Assembly (NCBI GenBank): GCA_963803145.1
Contig: CAWDLW010000018.1
Coordinates: forward strand, 97,383-161,382
Direction: 5' to 3'
From: Methanotrichaceae archaeon
GTDB lineage: Archaea > Halobacteriota > Methanosarcinia > Methanotrichales > Methanotrichaceae
DNA: 64,000 nucleotides
The notes under the pieces were generated by a model that saw only the letters and a list, made by a program, of their open reading frames with translations, had not been told where the DNA came from and did not search any database. Each line of letters begins with the position of its first letter. The first letter of the stretch is position 1. Positions 52,065 to 61,101 of the stretch are shown piece by piece. The translations under genes and the position numbers were made by a program.

Positions 52065-52534
52065 ATGCGCATGAATTACAAGATCACAATCGAAGGCCAA
52101 AAGGTTCACGATGTTGGCTATAGGCCCTTTTTAATTTCATTAGCCAATGACTTCGATATCCAAAGGTTTGCAGTAAAAAACGCTATGGTGGAAGATAACA
52201 GGTAGTGATCGCCAAAATTGAAGCTGAAGAGAATCAATTCAACGAATTCATGGATGCAGTGAGATTTGAAAGGCCCCAAAAGGCCGAGGTTTCAAATATT
52301 ACATACGAGCCTTTCGGAGGCCAGGTGCCATCCATAGTAAAAACTTCAATGCTAAACATGAATACACAACTTGCAAAGGGTATAGCCGCCATGGGAACAA
52401 TGATCGAGAAGCAGGATATAACCGCAATGGAAATTAGGGGACTGCGCCAGGATTTAGCGGAAAATACCAACGCGCGCTTGGAAAGAGTCGAAGCGGATAT
52501 ATGAAAAGTGAAAACAAAATTGAGGATCAGGTGA
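52065..52534 (+). pseudogene. Acylphosphatase-domain protein with coiled-coil tail, disrupted
   Basis: KITIEGQKVHDVGYRPFL...; frameshift near 52197; in-frame TGA at 52502-52504 followed by KVKTKLRIR. Confidence 0.75.
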
Positions 52535-52570
52535 AAGGATAGCTGTTTGCTTCATTTTTACTATGACCTT

Positions 52571-52603
52571 GTCCAAGAGCTAATTTCATGAAAACAATGA
52601 TTG
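52571..52603 (+). repeat. Solitary degenerate CRISPR repeat
   Basis: GTCCAAGAGCTAATTTCATGAAAACAATGATTG. Confidence 0.75.
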
Positions 52604-52632
52604 TGGCCTTAAACAAACCATCGTGGTTCATC

Positions 52633-54227
52633 AACCTTATGGCCTATGTTTCAAGAACTTTCCCCCGAAGAGGGGTTAGGGGCAGCCCGCGCGGCGACTG
52701 AGCGCGCTAGGAAAACCATTAGTTTCCCATGAAAAACCTTCATCAATTAAAAGAAATGGGGTGCTATCCACCCCCTACCGAATGTCTATTCTTCAAGTGA
52801 TAAAAGGCGTCTACGATAGCAGCCACTCCATCCTTTAATCGGTCATCTTTTGATAGATAGAGGAGGTCCCTTTTGACTGGTTTTGATGCAGCTGTAGTGC
52901 AGTTGTTCTCTTGATATAGCTCTTGATTGATCAGCAGATGATAAATTATTGTGATTAATTTCCGTGCTAAAGCAGTGATCGCTACATTGTAACTCTTTCT
53001 GGCCGATAATCTATGGAAGTACCTTGAGAGCTTGTTCTTGTTATTTCTCATCTTAGCTATCACTTGAGCTATCTCGACAAGCATAGTTCTGAGACTCTTG
53101 GACCCCTGTTTCGTAATACCACATTGCTTCTTTTTCCCTGCAGATTCGTGTAGTCCAGGAACCAATCCACACCATTTAGCGATTTGTTCTGGGGTTTGGA
53201 AATCGTGATAGTCACCGATTTCTGCCAAGATGGTCGACCCTGATCTAAAACTTATTCCTGGAATTGACATAACTATTGCCAGATCTTTAGCGCTTTTCTG
53301 AAATTTGCTAAGCACTTCAAGACTTGTTTTATCTATCTTCTTTTTCAGAAGATCAAGGAGCTCTAGATTATCCTTAACAAGCATTCTCGAAGTATCATCA
53401 AGACCGTTTGCAAGAGCCGCTTTGATGACGTCTCGCTTTTTCTTGATCTTCTTTGAAGTGATGCTGTCCAGGATCGAGTCTGCATCCTTGCCTTCAACCA
53501 GGCCGTCCAAGATAATCCTGCCTGATTTACCAAAGATGTCTGAAATACAAGAACTCAGCTTTATGCCGCAAAGTGCTAGATACTTATGAACTCTGTTTCT
53601 AAGTTGAGTTTGAGTCTTTATATATCCTGATCTGGCACGGGTCATCATTCTGAGGGCTCTATCCTCATTGGAAAAGACTCTTGATCTCTTGATTTTGCCA
53701 TCCAAGCAGTTACCTGCAATCCTCTTAGCGTCATGAGAATCCGACTTATCCCCTACAAGTCCTTTGACCATCCATGGATTTGCTACAATTGTATCAATAG
53801 AGGGACTCAGGCAATCGTATACTGGAAACCAGTAAACACCTGTAGCTTCGAATGCTACTTGCTCGCAATTATTGGCTATGAGCCAATTCCTGAATCTCTC
53901 TAGCTCAGAACGAGTCGTGCCAAACTGTTCCTGGATTTCAGTCCCATCTGCATCTTCGATCGTGGCTACTATGAGATCTTTATGGACATCTGCTCCGCAA
54001 ACTCTATCTCTTCGTTTGCCCATATATGTCGCTATCCTGATATGGGCAGATGATTAAGATTAAACCCTCATAAGGGGCAATTTCCCATACGCGTTCAACG
54101 ACGCAGCCCCGTATTCGCGGGATTATTGGCCAGTTTTAGCCGCGAGATCATGATCTCAAAATTAAAGCTGCCTTCACTGCCCATATCAGACTAAACATAG
54201 TTGGCCATGAATGTGAGGTTTTTCATC
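52633..54227 (-). mobile_element. IS110-family element
   Basis: TTCATC core at 52627-32 and 54222-27; imperfect subterminal inverted matches (ATGGCC..TATGTTT / AAACATAG..GGCCAT); about 200-bp non-coding end upstream of the transposase. Boundaries are inferred. Confidence 0.7.
52764..54023 (-). CDS. IS110 transposase (DEDD RuvC-like)
   Basis: CGADVHKD, FEATGVYW, KSDSHDA, SIPGIS, WCGLVP..HESAG and ALARKL motifs. Confidence 0.95.
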   Translation of the reverse strand: MGKRRDRVCGADVHKDLIVATIEDADGTEIQEQFGTTRSELERFRNWLIANNCEQVAFEATGVYWFPVYDCLSPSIDTIVANPWMVKGLVGDKSDSHDAKRIAGNCLDGKIKRSRVFSNEDRALRMMTRARSGYIKTQTQLRNRVHKYLALCGIKLSSCISDIFGKSGRIILDGLVEGKDADSILDSITSKKIKKKRDVIKAALANGLDDTSRMLVKDNLELLDLLKKKIDKTSLEVLSKFQKSAKDLAIVMSIPGISFRSGSTILAEIGDYHDFQTPEQIAKWCGLVPGLHESAGKKKQCGITKQGSKSLRTMLVEIAQVIAKMRNNKNKLSRYFHRLSARKSYNVAITALARKLITIIYHLLINQELYQENNCTTAASKPVKRDLLYLSKDDRLKDGVAAIVDAFYHLKNRHSVGGG

Positions 54228-54450
54228 CGCCACGTATGACCCTTAAGGATCATGGGCGTTTTAGCCCCAGAAGGAAGTATGATGCCCTTAAACTATAATT
54301 TCAGACCTAAATGCCAAATCAATTATTCGATGATCGATCGGATGATGAGGTCATCAAGGAGAGATTCTCCTGGTAAATTAATGCTGTGTCTCGATCTGCT
54401 TACATAGAGTCTGACCTTTGCTTGATTCTTCGTGATCGATAGAGTACTTA

Positions 54451-54606
54451 TCACTCTTGCGGGACCGACATATCTATTTTTGATACTATCAGCTCTACGA
54501 AATCACCGTCTTTAACATCAAGGTACTGGCGAACTTCTTTAGGCAACGTCACTTTGCCATTAGCGAACACCCTCGCGAGCACTTTGTATTTCTTCACGTC
54601 TGCCAT
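54451..54606 (-). CDS. AbrB/MazE/SpoVT DNA-binding protein (51 aa)
   Basis: Hand translation: MADVKKYKVLARVFANGKVTLPKEVRQYLDVKDGDFVELIVSKIDMSVPQE. Confidence 0.8.
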   Translation of the reverse strand: MADVKKYKVLARVFANGKVTLPKEVRQYLDVKDGDFVELIVSKIDMSVPQE

Positions 54607-54732
54607 GGTACATTGAGTACGCATACTACTATTTAATGCCTATTAATATATTAGGTTATTTAGGTATCAAAATCATATCCTAGTAACTAGAAATAACTAT
54701 AAGTACAAATAGTAACTAATAGAAGGCTTGAG

Positions 54733-54963
54733 GTGCGGGAGATGTGCGGCATGGTTCGTATCGGCGGAAAAGTCCTGACAATCCAGGAAGCAGCTGAGAA
54801 GTTGAATAACATAAGCTTGAATGTTGGCGATTTCTCCGATGCCATGCATTTATTCAACACGAAGTTTCCCTTCGTAGTCGCCATAATGAGCAGTGATGGC
54901 CACGAAAGCTCTATCCGAGGCTCCTCTAAGGAAATCACAGAAGCAGAATCAGAGGCGATCTAA
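54733..54963 (+). CDS. Hypothetical protein
   Basis: 76-aa ORF, first of three tightly packed ORFs divergent from the AbrB gene. Confidence 0.5.
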   Translation: MREMCGMVRIGGKVLTIQEAAEKLNNISLNVGDFSDAMHLFNTKFPFVVAIMSSDGHESSIRGSSKEITEAESEAI

Positions 54964-55176
54964 ATGGCCGCCCCAAACCAGTCCGAAAACGCCTCGCTGA
55001 TAGCGACGGATTCAGCAACCACAGACATGTTATCCGAGCTGAGCACAACACTAGAGGAGCTCAAGCCTCTGGCCTCTAAGATCGCCGATCTGAAAAAGGA
55101 AACCCTGGAAAGAGAGGCAGCAGTCCTGAAAGCTAATTCTAGAGAAGGCCACGCCCCTGGTGCCTCTCCTGAGTGA
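54964..55176 (+). CDS. Hypothetical coiled-coil protein
   Basis: 70 aa; abuts the previous stop. May be frameshift-linked to the next ORF. Confidence 0.45.
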   Translation: MAAPNQSENASLIATDSATTDMLSELSTTLEELKPLASKIADLKKETLEREAAVLKANSREGHAPGASPE

Positions 55177-55528
55177 AGACTATGAGCAATGTTACCGCCG
55201 TGAGATTGTCATTCTGTCCAGAGAGGAGAGGGTGCAGCTTGAGGACGGTCTGGGCTTTTTCAGCGAGCACAGGCTGATTCTCTATGAGAACGGCCTACTC
55301 GCAAGGACACATTGCTATGGCGAATGGTCGGAAGGTTCACGAATCGGATGGGAGAATACCGATGAGGATGTGCTTACACCTGAGGCGGCTATAACCACAT
55401 TCGGCCTCACGGCCATTTCAAAGGGCTTGATAAATGTTTTTGGTGAGGCATCATCGATGGTCATCCTCAAGGGGAAGCTTGAAGGCAGGATCGCTGCGTT
55501 AACTCAGGCGCTGGAAGTTCTACAATAA
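55160..55528 (+). CDS. Hypothetical protein
   Basis: 122-aa ORF overlapping the previous one. Confidence 0.5.
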   Translation: MPLLSEDYEQCYRREIVILSREERVQLEDGLGFFSEHRLILYENGLLARTHCYGEWSEGSRIGWENTDEDVLTPEAAITTFGLTAISKGLINVFGEASSMVILKGKLEGRIAALTQALEVLQ

Positions 55529-55694
55529 GACATCAGCGGGCCTGCTAGCTGTAATGTTGCAAGCGTCCGCATGAGAACGTAAGTGCAGACTTCTAAAATA
55601 TATAATATCTTGAATCTATTTGGCGATTAGTCAAAGAAGAGTTACATATCGATGCTAAATACTGGAGCTGTGAAGAATAACAATAGATGGCTAC

Positions 55695-55840
55695 ATGAAC
55701 CTTAAAATCCTCCGCCTCACCCTGGAATCCGCCACCCCAATGCACGGCGACGCGACAAAGCTTCGCGGCTTCTTCGCCACCAGCTTCAACGAGTATGCCC
55801 TATTGCATCAGCACACAGCCGACAAGCGGATCTATAAGTT
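55695..55840 (+). pseudogene. cas6: Truncated cas6 5' fragment
   Basis: The first ~48 codons are nearly identical to the cas6 copies, then diverge into unrelated sequence. Confidence 0.88.
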
Positions 55841-55970
55841 TCCTCGGCTGAGGAGATGTTCCAAACCGATAGTTAGCGATGACCTTTGCAGGATGATCAA
55901 AACATGTGAATTGCGTGAACTGCCACAATGGCAGAAATCAAATACCAATATAGCTTAAAGAGATATCACA

Positions 55971-56174
55971 ATGAAGACCTTACATTACAAAATTTTGCTT
56001 CGAAAAGAGGAGGATGGAACATATACGGTGATCGTACCTTCGCTACCAGGCTGCTTAACATTCGGGCGAACAGTCGAGGAGGCGTTAGCGATGGCAAAAG
56101 AGGCCATCGAAGGTTTCATAGCTAGCATGAATAGACGTGGCGACAAAGTGCCCCTCGAATATAATGAGAGTTAG
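55971..56174 (+). CDS. HicB family antitoxin
   Basis: EEDGTYTVIVPSLPGCLTFGRTVEEALAMAKEAI. Confidence 0.9.
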   Translation: MKTLHYKILLRKEEDGTYTVIVPSLPGCLTFGRTVEEALAMAKEAIEGFIASMNRRGDKVPLEYNES

Positions 56175-56364
56175 AGATGTCATCCGGCTTGTAGAAGCTG
56201 ATGGCTGGCGATTGGTAGGCATCAAAGGCAGCCACAGGCAGTTTAAGCACCCATACAAGCCCGGACGAGTAACCATTTCCGGCAGACCTGATATGGACTT
56301 GCACCCAAAGACCTTGAAAAGTATATTTAAACAAGCAGGTATAGAGGATGTATCAGATGGCTAA
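56164..56364 (+). CDS. HicA family toxin
   Basis: DGWRLVGIKGSHRQFKHPYKPGRVTISG...KTLKSIFKQAG. Confidence 0.92.
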   Translation: MRVRDVIRLVEADGWRLVGIKGSHRQFKHPYKPGRVTISGRPDMDLHPKTLKSIFKQAGIEDVSDG

Positions 56365-56572
56365 ATACGCAATAATCATCGAAAAGGGCGAAGGAAATTA
56401 TTCTGCATATGTCCCCGACCTCCCTGGCGTGGTTGCGGCAGCTGAAACCGAAGAAGAAACAATAGACCTGATGAGAGCGGCTATAGAATTTCACATTCAG
56501 GGACTGAAGGAAGATAAGCTGCCCATACCAGAACCCACAACTACTGCAAAATGCGTTGAAGTTGTTGTATGA
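56357..56572 (+). CDS. HicB family antitoxin
   Basis: YAIIIEKGEGNYSAYVPDLPGVVAAAET. Confidence 0.9.
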   Translation: MAKYAIIIEKGEGNYSAYVPDLPGVVAAAETEEETIDLMRAAIEFHIQGLKEDKLPIPEPTTTAKCVEVVV

Positions 56573-56582
56573 ATGCAGATGT

Positions 56583-57275
56583 ATGAACCTCAAAATCCTC
56601 CGCCTCACCTTAGAGTCCGCCACCCCAATGCACGGCGACGCCTCGAAGCTCCGCGGCTTCTTCGCCACCAGCTTCAATGAATATGCCCTGCTGCACCAGC
56701 ACACAGCGGACAAGCTGATCTACAAGTATCCTCTGATCCAGTACAAGATGCTTCAGGGCAAGCCCCTGGTGCTGGGAATCAACGAAGGTGCAGAGGTCCT
56801 GAAGGAGATCTACGATAAGTTCGATGAGATAAAGATCGGTGAGAGCAAATATACAATCATGGAGCGCGGCGTGACCCTCAAGTCTGAGGAGTTCGGCTGC
56901 TCCCAGGAGATCCTGAGCTACAGGTTTGTGACCCCCTGGCTGGCACTGAGTCAGGAGAATTACCCGAAATATTTGGAGGCATCCTGGGAGGATAGAAAGG
57001 ATCTGCTGAGAAGAATCCTTGTGGGGAATATACTCTCAGCCTCTAAGGGACTAGAGTACGTGGCCATAGAGCAGATCAAGCTGGAGCTTGGAAGAATCCA
57101 TGAGGAGATCTGCATGCTCAAAGGGACGAAGGTTACAGGAATACGAGGAGAGTTTACAACGAACTTTGCGATACCGGACTTTATGGGGCTGGGGAAGTCT
57201 GTTTCAAGAGGCTTTGGAGCTGTTATACGGCTGAATAAAGATGCTAGTGCTGTTTTTCCGCTAAAAGATCATTAG
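56583..57275 (+). CDS. cas6: Cas6 endoribonuclease, copy 2
   Basis: Near-identical to 43416-44108. Confidence 0.92.
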   Translation: MNLKILRLTLESATPMHGDASKLRGFFATSFNEYALLHQHTADKLIYKYPLIQYKMLQGKPLVLGINEGAEVLKEIYDKFDEIKIGESKYTIMERGVTLKSEEFGCSQEILSYRFVTPWLALSQENYPKYLEASWEDRKDLLRRILVGNILSASKGLEYVAIEQIKLELGRIHEEICMLKGTKVTGIRGEFTTNFAIPDFMGLGKSVSRGFGAVIRLNKDASAVFPLKDH

Positions 57276-57397
57276 CTCGGCCACTCGGCAGGAATGAATT
57301 TATAAGAGATTTGATAAATTCCATTCATGCCGGAAGGAGGGTGAGATAAGGCCGGTTTGAGACATAGAAACAGGAAAAAGGACGAAAATTCGGCGCC
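57276..57397 (+). promoter_or_regulatory. CRISPR leader 2
   Basis: Near-identical to leader 1. Confidence 0.85.
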
Positions 57398-59130
57398 GAT
57401 CGAGAGCTACTTCCACGAAAACAAGGATTGAAACATTTTTTCGAGGAGGATTGAATAAATATGATCTATCGATCGAGAGCTACTTCCACGAAAACAAGGA
57501 TTGAAACGAATTGAAATTATAAAGAGAGATTCCTATACATGTCAGGATCGAGAGCTACTTCCACGAAAACAAGGATTGAAACTTCTTTTACAATAGTGGG
57601 ATAATTATTTAACGGATTGAAGATCGAGAGCTACTTCCACGAAAACAAGGATTGAAACACTGCATTTGCGCCTTCATCTGCACCCATCCCGGCAGGATCG
57701 AGAGCTACTTCCACGAAAACAAGGATTGAAACTGGTTCGCGTTGAGGTTCCGATAAAGATAGCCCATGATCGAGAGCTACTTCCACGAAAACAAGGATTG
57801 AAACTCAAATCTCAGAACTTCATTCGCTATCTGATCGGGCGATCGAGAGCTACTTCCACGAAAACAAGGATTGAAACCCGATATGAAGAATTCTATGGCC
57901 AAGACTGCTGAAGATCGAGAGCTACTTCCACGAAAACAAGGATTGAAACACTATTGTCGGCCTTCTTGATCACCAGACCCTTTAAGATCGAGAGCTACTT
58001 CCACGAAAACAAGGATTGAAACCTAACCCTTCCAGTGGGATTGGGCTCTGCTTCTCTCGGATCGAGAGCTACTTCCACGAAAACAAGGATTGAAACTCTA
58101 CCGTGATCAGCCCGATTGATTCTAGCCGCTTGAGGATCGAGAGCTACTTCCACGAAAACAAGGATTGAAACCCGTTATCTGGTGGGATGACGAGCGATTG
58201 CTCCATGGATCGAGAGCTACTTCCACGAAAACAAGGATTGAAACATTTTCTACCAGCTTGATACCTCAAAATGGTTCTATGATCGAGAGCTACTTCCACG
58301 AAAACAAGGATTGAAACTACAAATCCGGTGAACCCGTATATCTCGAAGAATGCCCCTTGATCGAGAGCTACTTCCACGAAAACAAGGATTGAAACCAGTC
58401 TTCCGGTATAGGTTCAGATAGCTCGATGGTGATCGAGAGCTACTTCCACGAAAACAAGGATTGAAACTTGTGGTCTCAAACAGATGAGTATCAAGAGCGT
58501 ATTGATCGAGAGCTACTTCCACGAAAACAAGGATTGAAACTAGACCGTTGATAATGTTCCCGAATATGTATGGCTGTGGATCGAGAGCTACTTCCACGAA
58601 AACAAGGATTGAAACGGAACAGATATACAATGGTAATAGGGAGATGTCTGAGATCGAGAGCTACTTCCACGAAAACAAGGATTGAAACAGCTGAATCCTC
58701 CAAAATCTCGTCTATCGACACTTTGATCGAGAGCTACTTCCACGAAAACAAGGATTGAAACTGATAATCCAGATCCGGAGCAATATGCTTAATCTCTCGA
58801 AGATCGAGAGCTACTTCCACGAAAACAAGGATTGAAACGAAATTCGCTGGAAAGGGGTTGCGTCACGATTTTAAGATCGAGAGCTACTTCCACGAAAACA
58901 AGGATTGAAACACATTGGCTCGATCACAGGGCATCTTGATCACCTTGATCGAGAGCTACTTCCACGAAAACAAGGATTGAAACTCATTTGATTGTCATCC
59001 CAGGAGCCGTAAATCTTTGTCGATCGAGAGCTACTTCCACGAAAACAAGGATTGAAACTACCTTTAAGCTTATCTCCCAATCGGTGAGGGATTGATCGAG
59101 AGCTACTTCCACGAAAACAAGGATTGAAAC
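57398..59130 (+). CRISPR. CRISPR array 2: 24 repeats, 23 spacers
   Basis: Repeat GATCGAGAGCTACTTCCACGAAAACAAGGATTGAAAC (2 differences from array 1). A possible truncated 25th repeat (GATCG) lies near 59172. Counted by hand. Confidence 0.97.
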
Positions 59131-59276
59131 GCCTATTTGGGCCGCCTTGTTCTACCTGAACTCTCATGCATGATCGTGGTGGTGAGTCTCTTATTTGTAT
59201 AAATTCTTTTCCATAAGCCATCAATTATTAAGAATGATATATCAAAAGATATCAAATAATTGTTCCGGTTAGAGTA

Positions 59277-59312
59277 GTCCTAGGCAAGTCCCATGAAAAC
59301 AACTATTGAATG
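59277..59312 (+). repeat. Highly degenerate solitary CRISPR repeat
   Basis: GTCCTAGGCAAGTCCCATGAAAACAACTATTGAATG. Confidence 0.5.
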
Positions 59313-59423
59313 ATCATAAGCTCAAGTAAGCTCGATTTTAATGTGCTTTCCGTAAGATCTTGGCGAACACCTAGTGCCACCCTTAAATGATGTTCCCGAT
59401 CCCTATCGCATCCTTAATATCAG

Positions 59424-60887
59424 ATGAGCCTTCATAGCCTCCATTCCTTTATGGCTTCAGATCTTGTTCGAACCAGTGAAACCGATGCAAGAGAGCCCGT
59501 GGATAATCATGGCCACGCCAACCGCAGCATCATCATGCTGCTTATCTTAATAGGCATAATCATGTTTGTTCTGGACGGGAATGTTGTCTCGATAGCTCTT
59601 CCTACGATAACACGCTACTTCAATACCGATGTCACTCAGGCTCAATGGGTGATCACATCCTATTTGCTGACCCAGACGAGTCTGCTCATGGTCTTCGGCA
59701 AGCTCTCCGAGTATACAGGCAGGATCAGGCTTTTCCTGGTAGGCTTTGCCATCTTTACAATGGCATCGTTAGCCTGCGGCCTCTCTACAAATCTTGAAAT
59801 GTTAATCCTATTCAGGGTTATTCAGGCTATTGGAGCAGCAATGGCCTTCTCTATAAGCACTGCACTGATCTTCGAGATCTACCCTATCAGTGAGCAGGGC
59901 AGGGCCATGGGCTACATAGGCACAGCAGTCTCCTTGGGCAGCATCGCAGGACCAATGATCGGAGGCTACCTAGTGAGCTACTTCGGCTGGCAGTATATAT
60001 TCCTCATAAACCTGCCCATCGGAATAGTGCTTCTGGCGCTTGCCTCGAAGTATATGAGAATAGAGGAGTCGAGGTCTGATAAGCTGGAGGTTGATTGGAT
60101 AGGCGCACTCACTATGGTCCTGTTTGTGGTGTCTCTGATGATGCTTCTTGATGAGCTTGCCAAAGGCCTGAGCCAATACAGCGCAGCCTGGCTGCTGGCG
60201 TTCATTGTAACTCTTGCAGCATTCATCATCAATGAATCAAAGTCAAGTGCACCCCTGCTGGATCTGTCTGTATTGAAGGTCTGGAAGTTCGTTCTGCCCA
60301 ACATCACAATGGCGCTCTTCATCATATCGGTCTTCACTGTCTTCATCCTCGGGCCATTCTACTTCCAGGGCGTTATGGGATATACGCCAGCCCAGATTGG
60401 CACGATCTTTCTGATCGTTCCGTTAATAATGTCTATCGGGTCCCCTATCGGCGGCTGGATGTACGACAAATATCATTATAGATATAGCTCTGCGCTTGGA
60501 ATGATAATAGTAGCAATATCCTTAGCGCTCGTAGGCTACGCCTCAAGAAGATTTGAGTTACACTACATACTCCTGGCGTTTGCGCTTTTGGGAATAGGAA
60601 ATGCCCTGTTCCAGAGCCCAATAAATACAGAGATCATGAATGCTCTCCCTAGAAGCAAGATCGGCACCGCATCCAGTCTATCCTCAGCATTACGAAATTT
60701 GGCCATGGCCATAGGAGTTTCAATATCCGGCATACTGCTTACGTTGCAGCTGAACCGGGCAGGCTACTATGGCCCAGTCCTCGATGCAGGACCATATCTG
60801 CTATCTACAACAATAAGCAATGTGATTATAGCATCAGCGGCAATCTGCCTGCTGGGCACAGTGGCAGCTCTGCTCAGGAATATTTAA
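59424..60887 (+). CDS. MFS drug:H+ antiporter (EmrB/QacA, DHA2)
   Basis: LDGNVVSIALPTI, GKLSEYTGR and WQYIFLINLPIG motifs; multiple TM helices. Confidence 0.92.
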   Translation: MSLHSLHSFMASDLVRTSETDAREPVDNHGHANRSIIMLLILIGIIMFVLDGNVVSIALPTITRYFNTDVTQAQWVITSYLLTQTSLLMVFGKLSEYTGRIRLFLVGFAIFTMASLACGLSTNLEMLILFRVIQAIGAAMAFSISTALIFEIYPISEQGRAMGYIGTAVSLGSIAGPMIGGYLVSYFGWQYIFLINLPIGIVLLALASKYMRIEESRSDKLEVDWIGALTMVLFVVSLMMLLDELAKGLSQYSAAWLLAFIVTLAAFIINESKSSAPLLDLSVLKVWKFVLPNITMALFIISVFTVFILGPFYFQGVMGYTPAQIGTIFLIVPLIMSIGSPIGGWMYDKYHYRYSSALGMIIVAISLALVGYASRRFELHYILLAFALLGIGNALFQSPINTEIMNALPRSKIGTASSLSSALRNLAMAIGVSISGILLTLQLNRAGYYGPVLDAGPYLLSTTISNVIIASAAICLLGTVAALLRNI

Positions 60888-61101
60888 GAGTTAGGCGTTT
60901 CGAACGCCATAAATTCAGTAGTTTGTTATAATGTCCGAATGATACAGGGAAAGTAATTCATGCTGCTTGTTTAGTATGGCTTCGATTAAAAACGTGACTT
61001 CTGCCAGGACAAAGCTTATGCATGTTCATAGTAATATATACATTAAGAGATAGTGCTACATATCTTTCTACCTGCAATCCAGAAAATAAAAAGGAATATC
61101 G

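Noticed and set aside
44231-59130. Self-targeting by main-array spacers within this window
   Set aside because: None found by eye. A computational search is needed to exclude it.
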